From the IMG/VR virus record IMGVR_UViG_3300025126_000736: a stretch of DNA of 64,000 nucleotides; one strand, given 5' to 3'. A program made the translations under genes and the position numbers. The notes beneath the pieces were generated by a model, which did no database searches, was not told the origin of the DNA, and saw nothing but the letters and a program-made list of their open reading frames with translations. This stretch comes from an uncultured virus (IMG/VR IMGVR_UViG_3300025126_000736). Taxonomy: Duplodnaviria; Heunggongvirae; Uroviricota; Caudoviricetes. This document shows, one piece after another, positions 1 through 10,186 of this stretch (position 1 is the stretch's first letter; every line of letters starts with the position of its first letter).

Positions 1-531
1 TTATATTGATATAATTTTACAAGAAAAATTTTCTTTTGGTGAATTATTTTGAATATTATCTATTTTTTGCTGATGATATTCTATTTTACGGTTAAGAACA
101 GATAGGTCTTTTTTGAGTGAATCTAATATTTCTTTTTGATTAATAATGCTATTTTTTAAGGATTTCTTTTTAAGTATGAGTTCTTTAATTTTGATGTATG
201 GATTGATATTAAATGGATTATCATGGGTGAAGTAAGATATGATAATTCCAGAATTTAACGTAGGCTCATTTTCACCTAAAACATTTTCTTGGAAATAAAG
301 AGTTTTGTAGCCAATCTCAGAATGTAAAAATTCTTCAATAATAAATTTACCAATATTTAATTCCAATGTTTTAATTGGAACCTCATTGCAATGTATTAGT
401 AAGGTGTTTTTGTTGATAACTGAAAAACGCCAATGATCATTAAGTTTAAAAAGCATTTTTTTTAAATCAATAAAAGGTATCTCTAAGTCATTAAGTTTAA
501 GACAATCAGATTCATTTAATGTGTAAGTCAT
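1..531 (-). CDS. hypothetical protein with C-terminal coiled coil
   Basis: 176-aa ORF; AAGGA RBS and sigma70-like promoter upstream. Confidence 0.6.
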   Translation of the reverse strand: MTYTLNESDCLKLNDLEIPFIDLKKMLFKLNDHWRFSVINKNTLLIHCNEVPIKTLELNIGKFIIEEFLHSEIGYKTLYFQENVLGENEPTLNSGIIISYFTHDNPFNINPYIKIKELILKKKSLKNSIINQKEILDSLKKDLSVLNRKIEYHQQKIDNIQNNSPKENFSCKIISI

Positions 532-630
532 TTAAATACATTTAATCCTTATTGTTAATTAGTAATTATTGTTAATTAGTAATTATTGTATTTTAATTTT
601 TTTAAAAGTCAAACGGTAAAAATAAGAGAA

Positions 631-659
631 AAAAAAGAGACCAAAATAGTCTCTTTTTT
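631..659. terminator. intrinsic terminator
   Basis: AAAAAAGAGAC-loop-GTCTCTTTTTT hairpin just downstream of the 673..1236 gene. Confidence 0.7.
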
Positions 660-672
660 AATTACAAATAAA

Positions 673-1236
673 TTACAGAAAATAATCAGGTGTTAATTCA
701 GCAAATTCTTTATAAGTGACCTTTTTTGCAATTCCTGATAGGTTTAGTAAGAAATATTCAACAAGTTCATAAAATGCTTTTGCATTAGATAAATGAGCTT
801 CAAGACTTTTGCTGTTTTTTCGCTGCGAGTCGGATAAAATAGAGTTTTTGATAAATTCATGATCATTTGAGTTTTTGATAATAATGAGTTCATCATATAG
901 ATAATCATTTTTGCTTTGGATGTTAATTTGATTAATATGTTCTTGAATAACATCTAAATTAAGTTCTTTTTTGAAATACAAGTGCATTAATGCAAAATCA
1001 TCAACAATAGTTCTATCAAGAATAAAATTAAGTGTTGGGTTTGCGTTCATTAAATTAATTGAGTGCCAGTTAGCAACACAAATACTTTGAATATTAAGGT
1101 CGTATCCAGCCTCGGAAAACATTTTGCTGTTAGTGAGAAAGCCACGCGCAGCCTCTGGGATCACAATAAAATTACTAATTTTTTCTACTAATGTAGACTT
1201 GCCTGTGCCAGACATTCCAGTTAAACCGATTTTCAT
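673..1236 (-). CDS. P-loop nucleoside/nucleotide kinase-like protein (AAA_28/NadR-type)
   Basis: N-terminal KIGLTGMSGTGKST Walker A, IPEAAR and ILDRTIVD motifs. Confidence 0.75.
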   Translation of the reverse strand: MKIGLTGMSGTGKSTLVEKISNFIVIPEAARGFLTNSKMFSEAGYDLNIQSICVANWHSINLMNANPTLNFILDRTIVDDFALMHLYFKKELNLDVIQEHINQINIQSKNDYLYDELIIIKNSNDHEFIKNSILSDSQRKNSKSLEAHLSNAKAFYELVEYFLLNLSGIAKKVTYKEFAELTPDYFL

Positions 1237-1315
1237 TTTTTACTTCCTAATGATTTAAATAAGAAAGCCATTATATCAATATAATGGCTTTAATACAATA
1301 GTTTAATTAATTGAA

Positions 1316-2644
1316 TTAAAATTTTCTGTAAATACTAAGAAGTAATTCATTGATTGCTTTAAGATCTGCTGTTTCAGGTAAAGGAGATTTACCACTCTTA
1401 ACAATGTCATTAAGCTCTTTACTGAGGCTTTCAGCCATTGAAATGATGTCCTCATAGGTAATTTTGCCAGCAAGAATATCTTTTGCTAGTGAAAGGTCTT
1501 CTGCTGATAGCTTAGGAGTGTATGTTCCAGTAATAAGCAACTTTTTGGCTGAAATAAGTAGTCGATACAAATGCATCCCATGCTTAACATCATAACCGAA
1601 ACGTTCTTCTAATTTAGCTCGTTTTTCATTACGATTAACTTTCCAATCCCAAATAGAACTAATTTCTTTGCAATCGCGCTTAAAATCAGAAATATTAAAG
1701 CTAACAACAAAAGAAGGGATGGAATCACTCGGTATTTTTTTAGCCGAAGGACGTAAATTACCAGAGCGAGTAAAGATCCCAGAGTTAGCGCTTTTAATTT
1801 CATGAACAAGAAATATAGTTTCATTTAACTTTGAGTAAACAGCATCATTAGTAAATAATTCTTTTAAGCCGTCTTGTTTTTGAATTGGATGAAAAGACTT
1901 ATCCTTTACCTTTAAGTAATCAAAAGCATGTGGTTTAATAAATTTATAAAGATTGAAATCAATATTATGGATATGGATAAAATCTTCCATACTAATTGTA
2001 TTATCTAAGTGCTTATGCTCTTGCGCTGTTTCATTTGATATCTTGGCAGCAAGAACACCAGAGAAATAATCAGCAATCCATTGGAAATCAATTTCTTGGT
2101 TATCAAAAGAAGTTTTAATGTATTTTTCAACTGTATAAATTTCTGGGTATGTTTTGCTCCAACGGTGATGCTGCTTCATTCTATAAAGTTGTTGCATTGC
2201 ATAACCATTAAAGCTGTCTTTTGATTTTTGAGAAATAAATAAATGTCGATTCGCAAAAATAGAACGTCCAATTTCAGTAGAAAACAAAATACTGTCTTCA
2301 TCGCTAAAAAGAATGTCCATAATATTAGGATTATTATCAATAGAAAGTTGAAAAAACTTTAAAATATCATAAAAAACAGTATCTTCCTCATCATTAATTT
2401 CGATTTGTTCAGGCACATTTTCAATAAGAGATAATCTATCTTCAGTTTTTCCAATAAATAAACCTCGAAAATCAAAATCAGATACATATTCTGGATCAAA
2501 GGGATGTTCACCTAGCTCATACTGGGTGCCATAAAGTCGAGAGCCAGTAATGCTTTTTAAAAGGACATTATAATGAAGCCCATTGTGAATAATGGTTTGT
2601 CCATCACTTGATAGTGTTCCTTTGGTTTTCGTTTCTTCTTTCAT
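1316..2644 (-). CDS. Pol-beta superfamily nucleotidyltransferase (YcgL/RlaP-like, common in large phages)
   Basis: GSRLYG...SDFDFRG signature, NNPNIMDILF, GYDVKHGMHLYRLL. Confidence 0.8.
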   Translation of the reverse strand: MKEETKTKGTLSSDGQTIIHNGLHYNVLLKSITGSRLYGTQYELGEHPFDPEYVSDFDFRGLFIGKTEDRLSLIENVPEQIEINDEEDTVFYDILKFFQLSIDNNPNIMDILFSDEDSILFSTEIGRSIFANRHLFISQKSKDSFNGYAMQQLYRMKQHHRWSKTYPEIYTVEKYIKTSFDNQEIDFQWIADYFSGVLAAKISNETAQEHKHLDNTISMEDFIHIHNIDFNLYKFIKPHAFDYLKVKDKSFHPIQKQDGLKELFTNDAVYSKLNETIFLVHEIKSANSGIFTRSGNLRPSAKKIPSDSIPSFVVSFNISDFKRDCKEISSIWDWKVNRNEKRAKLEERFGYDVKHGMHLYRLLISAKKLLITGTYTPKLSAEDLSLAKDILAGKITYEDIISMAESLSKELNDIVKSGKSPLPETADLKAINELLLSIYRKF

Positions 2645-2707
2645 GTTATTTTAATTCCGTATTTGAATAGAGAACCAGTATACAAAAAAACAATAAAATA
2701 GTCAATA

Positions 2708-3421
2708 TTAAAGTAGATTGAGTTCGAGAAATTCTTCTGAATAATCAAATTCATCGTAAATCGTTGCGCCAGCATGTTCCATAAGCTTGATTAGTGCGGG
2801 AATGGTCAATTACTCCCACCAAATCAAACAAGTTTGATTATGGAAGGAGCTTGAATAAAAATTAATAGAGATACAATCTAAAAACCCTTATTTCTTCTCA
2901 TTAAAGAAATTTTATATAAATAGTTATACTAAATTCACTCTAATTGGCTGAAAGACACAGCCACTATTGATTAGATTTCCTAGGAAACCATCACCAATTG
3001 CTTTTCTCATTATATTTAAAGCACCATTATAAAGATCTGCAATAATATTATGACTTAGAAAAAAATCTTGAAAAAGAAATATATTATCGTCACTAACATC
3101 ATCTTTTATAATTTCCCCTAAAACATCTGGCTTGTAAAATAGGTTCAATAAAACACAGCCACAATCGAGGTCGATTGCAAAATCAAAAGCACAAAAAGGT
3201 AAAGCAGATTGGCGAGTAACATAAATAAAATCAGTGCTAGAACTAATGATATTTGTTATTTTATGACATTTGTCGCAAGAAAATTGGCTCCAAGTAAAAT
3301 TGGTGTCATTAAAATTGCACTCCAGATCTAGTTTTGATAAAAATGTTTGAGTATAACTAAGCTCAATGGAATAGCTTATGCAATGTTGGCAATGTAAACT
3401 ATCTGTGTGTTTGATATTAAT
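2708..3421 (-). pseudogene. disrupted CxxC-containing hypothetical gene (ATT in the start position, four in-frame TAA)
   Basis: AGGAG 8 nt before ATT at 3421; one frame with CQHC and CDKC runs through track ORF 2924..3148 and on through four TAA codons to ...EEFLELNLL* at 2708. Confidence 0.6.
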
Positions 3422-3446
3422 AAAGTATTCTCCTGAAATGATGTAA

Positions 3447-3668
3447 TTAAGAAACGATACACCAAAGAGTATAATTACTAGAAGTTAATTCAGATAACAC
3501 TTTTTCTTCTGAAAAGGAAGTTGAAAACTTAAAAATAGCTGAAAGCTTTCTAGTGCCACGGTTTGGATTATATGCAATAAATTCAATTCCAGTTGGAGGG
3601 GTTTCCTCTAAAATAGATTTCCATTGAATACTCATTTTTATATAACCTCTTATTAAATTAACTAACAT
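3447..3668 (-). CDS. small DUF551-like phage hypothetical protein
   Basis: IQWKSILEETPPTG...YTLWC pattern; probable start at MSIQW. Confidence 0.5.
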   Translation of the reverse strand: MLVNLIRGYIKMSIQWKSILEETPPTGIEFIAYNPNRGTRKLSAIFKFSTSFSEEKVLSELTSSNYTLWCIVS

Positions 3669-3825
3669 TATAATAGCATATATACTTTAAAAAGTCTATA
3701 TGTAATTTTTAACTTAAAAATAAGTAATTTATAAATAAAACATTAGCGGTAAGAGAATGAAAATACTTGTACATAATGCAAGTAAAGAGTATAATTATAG
3801 CATATTTATAAAGAAGGAAAATTAC

Positions 3826-4308
3826 ATGAGCGCTCCAATTATAGCTGGCATTATAAACCTTAAAACAGGTGAAATAACCGATACAACTACCCTTGGAAAG
3901 GATAAGGTGTCTATTCGGCTGAAAGTGCGTGATGAATTAGGATGTAAACATGGCGTAGGCGAGTTCATGGCATTCGAATTTGGCATAACGAGTCATATGG
4001 GTTATTACCGTAAGCAAATGATTAATAAATGCCCAGATGCATTAAATGGACTGCAAATATTAAATATCAAATACTTAATTTCAGAAAGTAGAAAGTATGT
4101 TGAAAAGGCAAAAGGTAAATTAGAATTGGCTGAATCTGTTGCAGAAGAATGCGCAGGACTTTATAATTTAGAAGAAGATGTAAAAAAGTTGGCTTTCATT
4201 AATGACTTGACTGAGATTGGAGTGCAAGAGGCACAAGAGGAATTAAGTAATGCTAAATCAGCATTAAATAACTATTTGAGAAAGTTGGTAATGCTTGAAA
4301 ATACTTAA
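3826..4308 (+). CDS. hypothetical protein
   Basis: Track ORF 3757..4308; AAGGA RBS favours MSAPII at 3826. Confidence 0.6.
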   Translation: MSAPIIAGIINLKTGEITDTTTLGKDKVSIRLKVRDELGCKHGVGEFMAFEFGITSHMGYYRKQMINKCPDALNGLQILNIKYLISESRKYVEKAKGKLELAESVAEECAGLYNLEEDVKKLAFINDLTEIGVQEAQEELSNAKSALNNYLRKLVMLENT

Positions 4309-4394
4309 AAATAAGTAATTTTTGTAGAAAAAGTTTGTAAAAAGCTCCAAATAAAAGTATAATGAATGCACTAAATTAGAAGGAAATAAATGAA

Positions 4395-4640
4395 ATGCGA
4401 CTATTAAAAGATACATTCGCCCCAAAACGATTACTACCAGCGCATATTAGTCATAATGGTATGGAAGTTGTTTTAAATAAGTTGGGCGCTGAATTGTCAA
4501 ATGGCTCTATTTTGGTTGAGATTGGAGACGATAGAGAGTTAACAAGCCCAATTGTAAAAGAACTTTTGGATGATCATTTTCCAGAATTATTGGAAGAGGC
4601 GATTGAGAAAAAATGTGAATATATTTCATTTTATATTTAA
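4395..4640 (+). CDS. hypothetical protein
   Basis: 81-aa ORF with promoter and AAGGA RBS. Confidence 0.55.
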   Translation: MRLLKDTFAPKRLLPAHISHNGMEVVLNKLGAELSNGSILVEIGDDRELTSPIVKELLDDHFPELLEEAIEKKCEYISFYI

Positions 4641-4725
4641 TTAATAATGCGCAACTCGTATAACAGATAAGGTAAAGGATATTTTTCTAAAGAAGAAGAA
4701 TATCCTTAAAAAGCATAATGAGGTT

Positions 4726-5184
4726 TTAAAATTTATTAACTTTATTGGAAAGTTGCTCAAATTCAAAATAATGAGAAAACTTATGTTTTAAAAAAATCGA
4801 AATATAGTGATTAATTGTCTGAGAAAAATCCTCCCCCATAAGTATTTGTTGTTCAACATCATCTTCATCTCCATTAAGAACATGACACTCCTTTAAGAAA
4901 TCAATCCGTTCCTCATAAGACCATTCTACGGGTAAAATGGCGTTTTCCTCAGCATTAAAGTCATAGTGTTCTGAAATAAGATTGAGTATGTCTAAAAAAA
5001 TATCAATATCATTTTTTTTAAAATAATAATTATTTTCTAAAAAAGGAATATAGGCCAGTAGGATATCCTCAATTTTTAAATAAACCTTGTTTTTAATTAA
5101 GGTAGAATTAAATACATTATATTTGCAATTTATGTGAGAGTTATTGTTAATGTGAAGTTCGATGAGTTGAATATTTTTTATCAT
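4726..5184 (-). CDS. hypothetical protein, paralog of 6477..6935
   Basis: Shared MIKNIxL...STLI...LPxEW...ERI.F and QLSNK[VI]NxF* terminus. Confidence 0.65.
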   Translation of the reverse strand: MIKNIQLIELHINNNSHINCKYNVFNSTLIKNKVYLKIEDILLAYIPFLENNYYFKKNDIDIFLDILNLISEHYDFNAEENAILPVEWSYEERIDFLKECHVLNGDEDDVEQQILMGEDFSQTINHYISIFLKHKFSHYFEFEQLSNKVNKF

Positions 5185-5290
5185 TTTTTAGTAATAAATC
5201 CTATTAATTTAATTAAAGAGTGGGCTATTTATATCAAAATTTAATTAAATTGCAACTACAAAATATATATAATTTAAATAAAATTTAAAA

Positions 5291-5671
5291 TTATATAAAT
5301 ATTCCACTTTCAGGAATGCAATCATCGTTAATAAGAGCTGCAACGACCTTTTCTATAATAGTGCCATTAGTAGTATGGGATACCTTATATATTGTTTTGT
5401 TTTGCTTGAAAAAATCTTTCATATCAATAACTTTACTCTCTAAATTAATTTGTTCTTCAATCGTCATTGAGAAAAACAAATAAACTTCATCGTCAATAAG
5501 ATAGGCGAGAAAGCGATATTTATGATTAGATAAATCATACATTAAAGGATAGTCATACCAGCAATAAATAGTACGGCAGAATAATTCGCCAAATAAGTCA
5601 AAAGTTTCGGAATATTGAATGGTTCTGTCTAAAATATTTGTGCCAATCTGATCTTGTATTGTTTCAGGCAT
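5291..5671 (-). CDS. hypothetical protein, recent tandem duplicate of 5737..6132
   Basis: Near-identical protein and DNA to neighbour (YCWYDxPL, IEKVVAALI, DDCIP). Confidence 0.7.
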   Translation of the reverse strand: MPETIQDQIGTNILDRTIQYSETFDLFGELFCRTIYCWYDYPLMYDLSNHKYRFLAYLIDDEVYLFFSMTIEEQINLESKVIDMKDFFKQNKTIYKVSHTTNGTIIEKVVAALINDDCIPESGIFI

Positions 5672-5736
5672 TGTTATAATCCAAATAAATAATTATATAT
5701 TGTAAAAAAAGACAAAGCTCTTGATTGCGAGATATT

Positions 5737-6132
5737 TTAGACCGAATCAAGATTTATAAATACTCCACTATCAGGAATGCAATCATCGCTAATAAGAGCT
5801 GCAACGACCTTTTCTATAATAGTGCCATTAATGGTATAGGAGACTTTATATATTGTTTTATTTTGCTTAAAAAAATCTTTCATATCAATATTTTTATTCT
5901 CTAAATCAATTTGTTCTTTAATTGTCATTGAGAAAAATAAATAAACTTCATCATCAATAAGATAACAAAGGAAACGATATCTATAATTAGATAAATCATA
6001 TATTAATGGTTGGTCATACCAGCAATAAATAGTGTGGCAGAATAATTCACCAAATAAGTCAACAGTTTCGGAATATTGAATAGTTCTATCTAAAATATTG
6101 GTGTCAATCTGATCTTGTATTGTTGTAGGCAT
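5737..6132 (-). CDS. hypothetical protein, tandem duplicate of 5291..5671
   Basis: Near-identical to 5291..5671. Confidence 0.7.
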   Translation of the reverse strand: MPTTIQDQIDTNILDRTIQYSETVDLFGELFCHTIYCWYDQPLIYDLSNYRYRFLCYLIDDEVYLFFSMTIKEQIDLENKNIDMKDFFKQNKTIYKVSYTINGTIIEKVVAALISDDCIPDSGVFINLDSV

Positions 6133-6134
6133 TA

Positions 6135-6404
6135 TTATATGGCTGCATTATCAAGAACAATGAGTGCTTCTTCTTTACTTGTTAACTTAAAAAAGGAATC
6201 GATGTCAATAAGTGACATAGCTGAGTTATTATGTCCACCTCCATAAACAACAACAAGTCCATCTGTGCTAAATGATAAATGAGCACACTCATCATCAAGA
6301 AGTTCAGTTAAGAAACTTCTAAATGAGTCTAAAATGACTTCTGATTCATTATGCAATTTAGTTGCTTTTGATAGTAATGTTGAATTTTTCATTTTTTTTC
6401 TCAA
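6135..6404 (-). CDS. hypothetical protein
   Basis: 89-aa ORF ending 2 nt before the start of the next gene. Confidence 0.55.
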   Translation of the reverse strand: MRKKMKNSTLLSKATKLHNESEVILDSFRSFLTELLDDECAHLSFSTDGLVVVYGGGHNNSAMSLIDIDSFFKLTSKEEALIVLDNAAI

Positions 6405-6476
6405 TATTGGTAGCGCCTATAATTGAGAATAATAACATAAATGCAAAATTTAATCAATTAAAAAATAATATTGTTT

Positions 6477-6935
6477 TTAAAAGTAATTAATTTTATTGGA
6501 AAGTTGCTTTAAATTAAAATAATTTAAAAAATAATTTCGCAAGTAGAAGGCGACAATATAATCCATTGTGTAGGTAAAGTCAGAATCGTTTAATAATTCT
6601 TCTTTGAAATCATCAATAGAACCATTAAGCTTATGTGCTTTTTCATGGAAGTTAATCCTTTCTTTATGTGTCCATTCTTCTGGCAATTGAAAGTCATTAT
6701 TTATGGAAAAACTCAATTTTTTAGAAATTTCATCAAAGACATTTAAAAAAATATTAATATCATTGTTTTCGAAATATTTTTTTTGTTCTAATAATAAAGC
6801 ATATGCTGAAAGAATATCTATTGATTTGAGATAAAATTTATTTTCAATTAAGGTTGAATCAGTTACTGTATAGTTGGATGTTTTATGATTGACGTTATTG
6901 ATGTAATACCTTAATAATTTAATATTTTTTATCAT
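6477..6935 (-). CDS. hypothetical protein, paralog of 4726..5184
   Basis: Colinear similarity to 4726..5184. Confidence 0.65.
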   Translation of the reverse strand: MIKNIKLLRYYINNVNHKTSNYTVTDSTLIENKFYLKSIDILSAYALLLEQKKYFENNDINIFLNVFDEISKKLSFSINNDFQLPEEWTHKERINFHEKAHKLNGSIDDFKEELLNDSDFTYTMDYIVAFYLRNYFLNYFNLKQLSNKINYF

Positions 6936-7062
6936 AATAAGTCTTAAAGATTAGAATTGAAATAAAATTTATTAACATTATAATTTAATACAACAATACA
7001 TTTGATGTAGTCGTTATCATTTTTAGTTAAAAAAGTAATTGCCTTCATGATTTTGATACCTT

Positions 7063-7464
7063 TTAATGAATTTGGAAATTATCAGGTTGACAGCTATCCA
7101 CTTCATGTACCTCTGTATTATTTAAAAAACTTTCGTTGGTGTAAAAAATACAATATTGACCTCTATGGTTATTTATTTTAGTGTGAAGTGTTGAATTTAA
7201 TAAATAATTATCTTTACCATTAATGAAAAACCTGCCTTTATTAGTTAGTGCATAATAAATTGGGGTTTCATGAAAAATAGATATTTTCGAATTTTCAATT
7301 TTAACAACAATTTTATTGGTTTGAGTAAGTGTGTTATAACAAATTGCAAGAGAGAGAGAAAAAACTATGATTAAGAGCAATATGATTTGATTTTTTTGTG
7401 TCAAAATAAATCTCCAAAAGAAATAAAGTAGATTAATAATAGCATATATATTGAACAGAAGCAA
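7063..7464 (-). CDS. membrane-anchored hypothetical protein
   Basis: Hydrophobic N-terminal segment IILLLIIVFSLSLAIC. Confidence 0.5.
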   Translation of the reverse strand: MLLFNIYAIINLLYFFWRFILTQKNQIILLLIIVFSLSLAICYNTLTQTNKIVVKIENSKISIFHETPIYYALTNKGRFFINGKDNYLLNSTLHTKINNHRGQYCIFYTNESFLNNTEVHEVDSCQPDNFQIH

Positions 7465-7578
7465 GATATTGTAACAAGTTAGGTGTTTGCAAAAATAAAT
7501 ATTAATGCTTGATAAAAGGTTAAGGAATTGATATAATATTAGTTAGAAAATTAACCGAAATTAATAAAAGAGAAAAAT

Positions 7579-8760
7579 ATGACCAATATTATTAAAACAG
7601 AAGAAAAGGTTACTTATGAGTTAATGCTAAAAGAACATGGTGAGGGTTATATTAAAAATGATAATCGAACTCATACTGGTGCATTAATGGGGAGAACGCC
7701 AAGTCAAGATATCTTGTGTCACATGTCTATTGTGGGAGGCGAAAAAGACGTAAGATCTAATAGTTCTGTGGTAAGTAGTTTAATGGGTTCTTTTTTAGGT
7801 CATTCAAGTGTTGAGCTAACAACTGCAGCATTAGATAAGGTTTTTCATTTTCCAACCAGTAAAATGTTTAAAAAAAATGTATTAGAAATAACAAAACAAA
7901 AAATGAATACACTTTATCCGCAGTCAATGATTGAGCGATTTAATTTGGGAGATAATGTGTGTTATAGTCAAAAAACACCGATTTTCTTTTGTGTTCAATC
8001 AAATAATTTTTTTATTGCAATGGATGAAAGATTTTTAGAAGACATTACATTTAATGAAGTAATTGAGATGGTTGAAGATCGAGCGAATATAGACGTTTTT
8101 GAAGAAAAACGCTCAAATAGAAAATTCCTAGTAATAAAAGCAAAGACAATCCCATTATTATTAAAAGAGATGGCATTAGAAGATAGTGCATTTAGTAAAT
8201 TAATTGAAGGGTATAAGCAACGATTCCTAAATATGGCAAATACTGAGAGAGTTATTGTTGTTAAATATGAAATTGATAAAAATGACTTAAACGGAAGAAG
8301 AGGGAACAATCAATTTACGGCTCCTAATTATTCAGATAAGAATGCTGTAGCTAAATTAACTATGAGTCAAAAAATGGAGATGGTTATTTTTCAAGCAGCA
8401 AAATTAAATAACACATATTATTTAATTTCAGAGGAGGGAATTATTAATCCAAAAGCAATACTGTTCTTTAAAGATGAAGAAACGGAAACAAGGAAAATTA
8501 AGGCACAAAAAGATTATTTACGTAGCGACTACTCAGAAGAAGAAAAGAGTATTATGTTGCAAAATAATGGTCATGCCTTTTTGGTAATTGGCTATACAGA
8601 GGAAGATTGGAATTTTATTAAAGGTATGCACTTAAAATTAAGAAATCTTTGTGAAGAATTAGAGAGCTTCTTATTGTCAACTAAGACAACAGAGGGATTA
8701 CCAGATAAATCATTTTCAGAGGGAAAAATGGGTAATCTTGGTACAAAACTTTTGAAATAA
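7579..8760 (+). CDS. hypothetical protein
   Basis: 393-aa ORF with TATAAT promoter upstream and terminator downstream. Confidence 0.7.
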   Translation: MTNIIKTEEKVTYELMLKEHGEGYIKNDNRTHTGALMGRTPSQDILCHMSIVGGEKDVRSNSSVVSSLMGSFLGHSSVELTTAALDKVFHFPTSKMFKKNVLEITKQKMNTLYPQSMIERFNLGDNVCYSQKTPIFFCVQSNNFFIAMDERFLEDITFNEVIEMVEDRANIDVFEEKRSNRKFLVIKAKTIPLLLKEMALEDSAFSKLIEGYKQRFLNMANTERVIVVKYEIDKNDLNGRRGNNQFTAPNYSDKNAVAKLTMSQKMEMVIFQAAKLNNTYYLISEEGIINPKAILFFKDEETETRKIKAQKDYLRSDYSEEEKSIMLQNNGHAFLVIGYTEEDWNFIKGMHLKLRNLCEELESFLLSTKTTEGLPDKSFSEGKMGNLGTKLLK

Positions 8761-8775
8761 AAGATATTAAGTTTG

Positions 8776-8807
8776 AAAAAAGGAGTGATTAATTTAACTC
8801 CTTTTTT
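8776..8807 (+). terminator. intrinsic terminator
   Basis: AAAAAAGGAGT...ACTCCTTTTTT hairpin. Confidence 0.7.
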
Positions 8808-8882
8808 GTATTTAAATTTTAAATATATATTTATAAAAAAATATGGTAAAATAAAATTATATAAAAAAAATAAGGTATTTGG

Positions 8883-10079
8883 ATGAAAAGTAAAATAATA
8901 AATATAACTTTAATGCTATTAACTTTAATAACGCTAGATGTTCAATCGGAGTCTATGTTTTATTCTAAGATTGGAGGATTAGACGGTATAAAAGTCCAAG
9001 AAATTGAATTAAAAGACTCAGAAAGTGAAGTTGCTAGCAATATTTTTTCAAAAATATCATGTAAGCAACTTCATTGTTATGCAATAATGGATAATAAATT
9101 ATATGCTATTGGTAGAAACTATAATGGTCAACTAGGGCAAGGTGATAAGGTTGATAGGATGTTTTGGACTGAAGTTGTCGGAATGGAAGGAACTACTGAT
9201 GTTGTTGCTGGTGGTAATTTCGGGTATGCAATAAAGGATGGACTTGTTTATTCCGTTGGAGGGAATCAATATGGTCAATTAAGTCAAGGAAATAATATTG
9301 ACTCATCTATATGGAATGTTATTGCTGGAATTAATGATTTTAATAAGATATATGCAGGGGCATTACATGCATACGGTCTAAAAGAAGGGCAATTATATTC
9401 AGTAGGAAGTAATGGTCAAGGAGCACTTGGCTTAAGTTCAACAAACAATAAAAATAAATTTGAAAAAATACTAAATATGAAAAATGTTAGTAAAGTAGTT
9501 GCGGGAGGAAATCATGCTTATGTATTAAATAATAATTATCTTTACGTTGTTGGAACTAATGGGCAAGGAGAATTAGGTAATAGTCTTAGTAATTTAAGTC
9601 AAAGCTTTATAATGAATAATTCTGTGCAAAATGTTTCAGATATATATTCTGGAATATCAAGTGGGTACGTAATATCAAATGGAAATTTATATTCAACGGG
9701 TTATAATGGGTATGGTCAATTAGGTAGAGATGGAAGAAAAAATCAATATGGATTTGGTTTGGTTAGTGGTATAAGTGGAGTGGAAAAAATCATTGCTGGA
9801 ACCTATTCCAGTTATGCGATAAAAGATGGAAAGATTTATTCTATCGGAAAAAACAATGCAGGTCAACTAGGTAGAAATGGAGTAGTAAATAGCTATACTT
9901 GGGGATTATTTGAAGGATTAGAAGATGTAACCTCTATTGAAGTCGGTGAAGATTTTGCATATATATTTTCTGGAGGAAAATTATACACGATAGGTGATAA
10001 TAGTTATGGTCAACTTGGGACTGGCAATAAAGAAGTTCAAGCGAATTTAGTGGAAGTAGATTTGTCTTATTTAAAATAA
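8883..10079 (+). CDS. secreted RCC1/BLIP-II-like beta-propeller protein, copy 1
   Basis: Signal peptide plus about 7 repeats of LYxxGxNxxGQLG. Confidence 0.85.
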   Translation: MKSKIINITLMLLTLITLDVQSESMFYSKIGGLDGIKVQEIELKDSESEVASNIFSKISCKQLHCYAIMDNKLYAIGRNYNGQLGQGDKVDRMFWTEVVGMEGTTDVVAGGNFGYAIKDGLVYSVGGNQYGQLSQGNNIDSSIWNVIAGINDFNKIYAGALHAYGLKEGQLYSVGSNGQGALGLSSTNNKNKFEKILNMKNVSKVVAGGNHAYVLNNNYLYVVGTNGQGELGNSLSNLSQSFIMNNSVQNVSDIYSGISSGYVISNGNLYSTGYNGYGQLGRDGRKNQYGFGLVSGISGVEKIIAGTYSSYAIKDGKIYSIGKNNAGQLGRNGVVNSYTWGLFEGLEDVTSIEVGEDFAYIFSGGKLYTIGDNSYGQLGTGNKEVQANLVEVDLSYLK

Positions 10080-10106
10080 TGGTGTTTAATAATTAAATAT
10101 AATAAT

Positions 10107-10186
10107 GGAGTAATTAGTATTACTCCTTTTTTTATTTTATTTTTGGCATACAATAATATATAGTGAAAAAATAAAAGGTCATTAAA
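10107..10186 (+). repeat. repeated terminator-promoter-RBS module between RCC1 genes, copy 1
   Basis: GGAGTAAT..ATTACTCC-T-run, TGGCATACAATAATATATAGTG, AAAAGGTCATTAAA; near-identical at 11420 and 12773. Confidence 0.85.

Noticed and set aside
549..589. 17-bp tandem duplication TTATTGTTAATTAGTAA
   Set aside because: Short AT-rich slippage duplication in a 5' UTR; no evidence of function.
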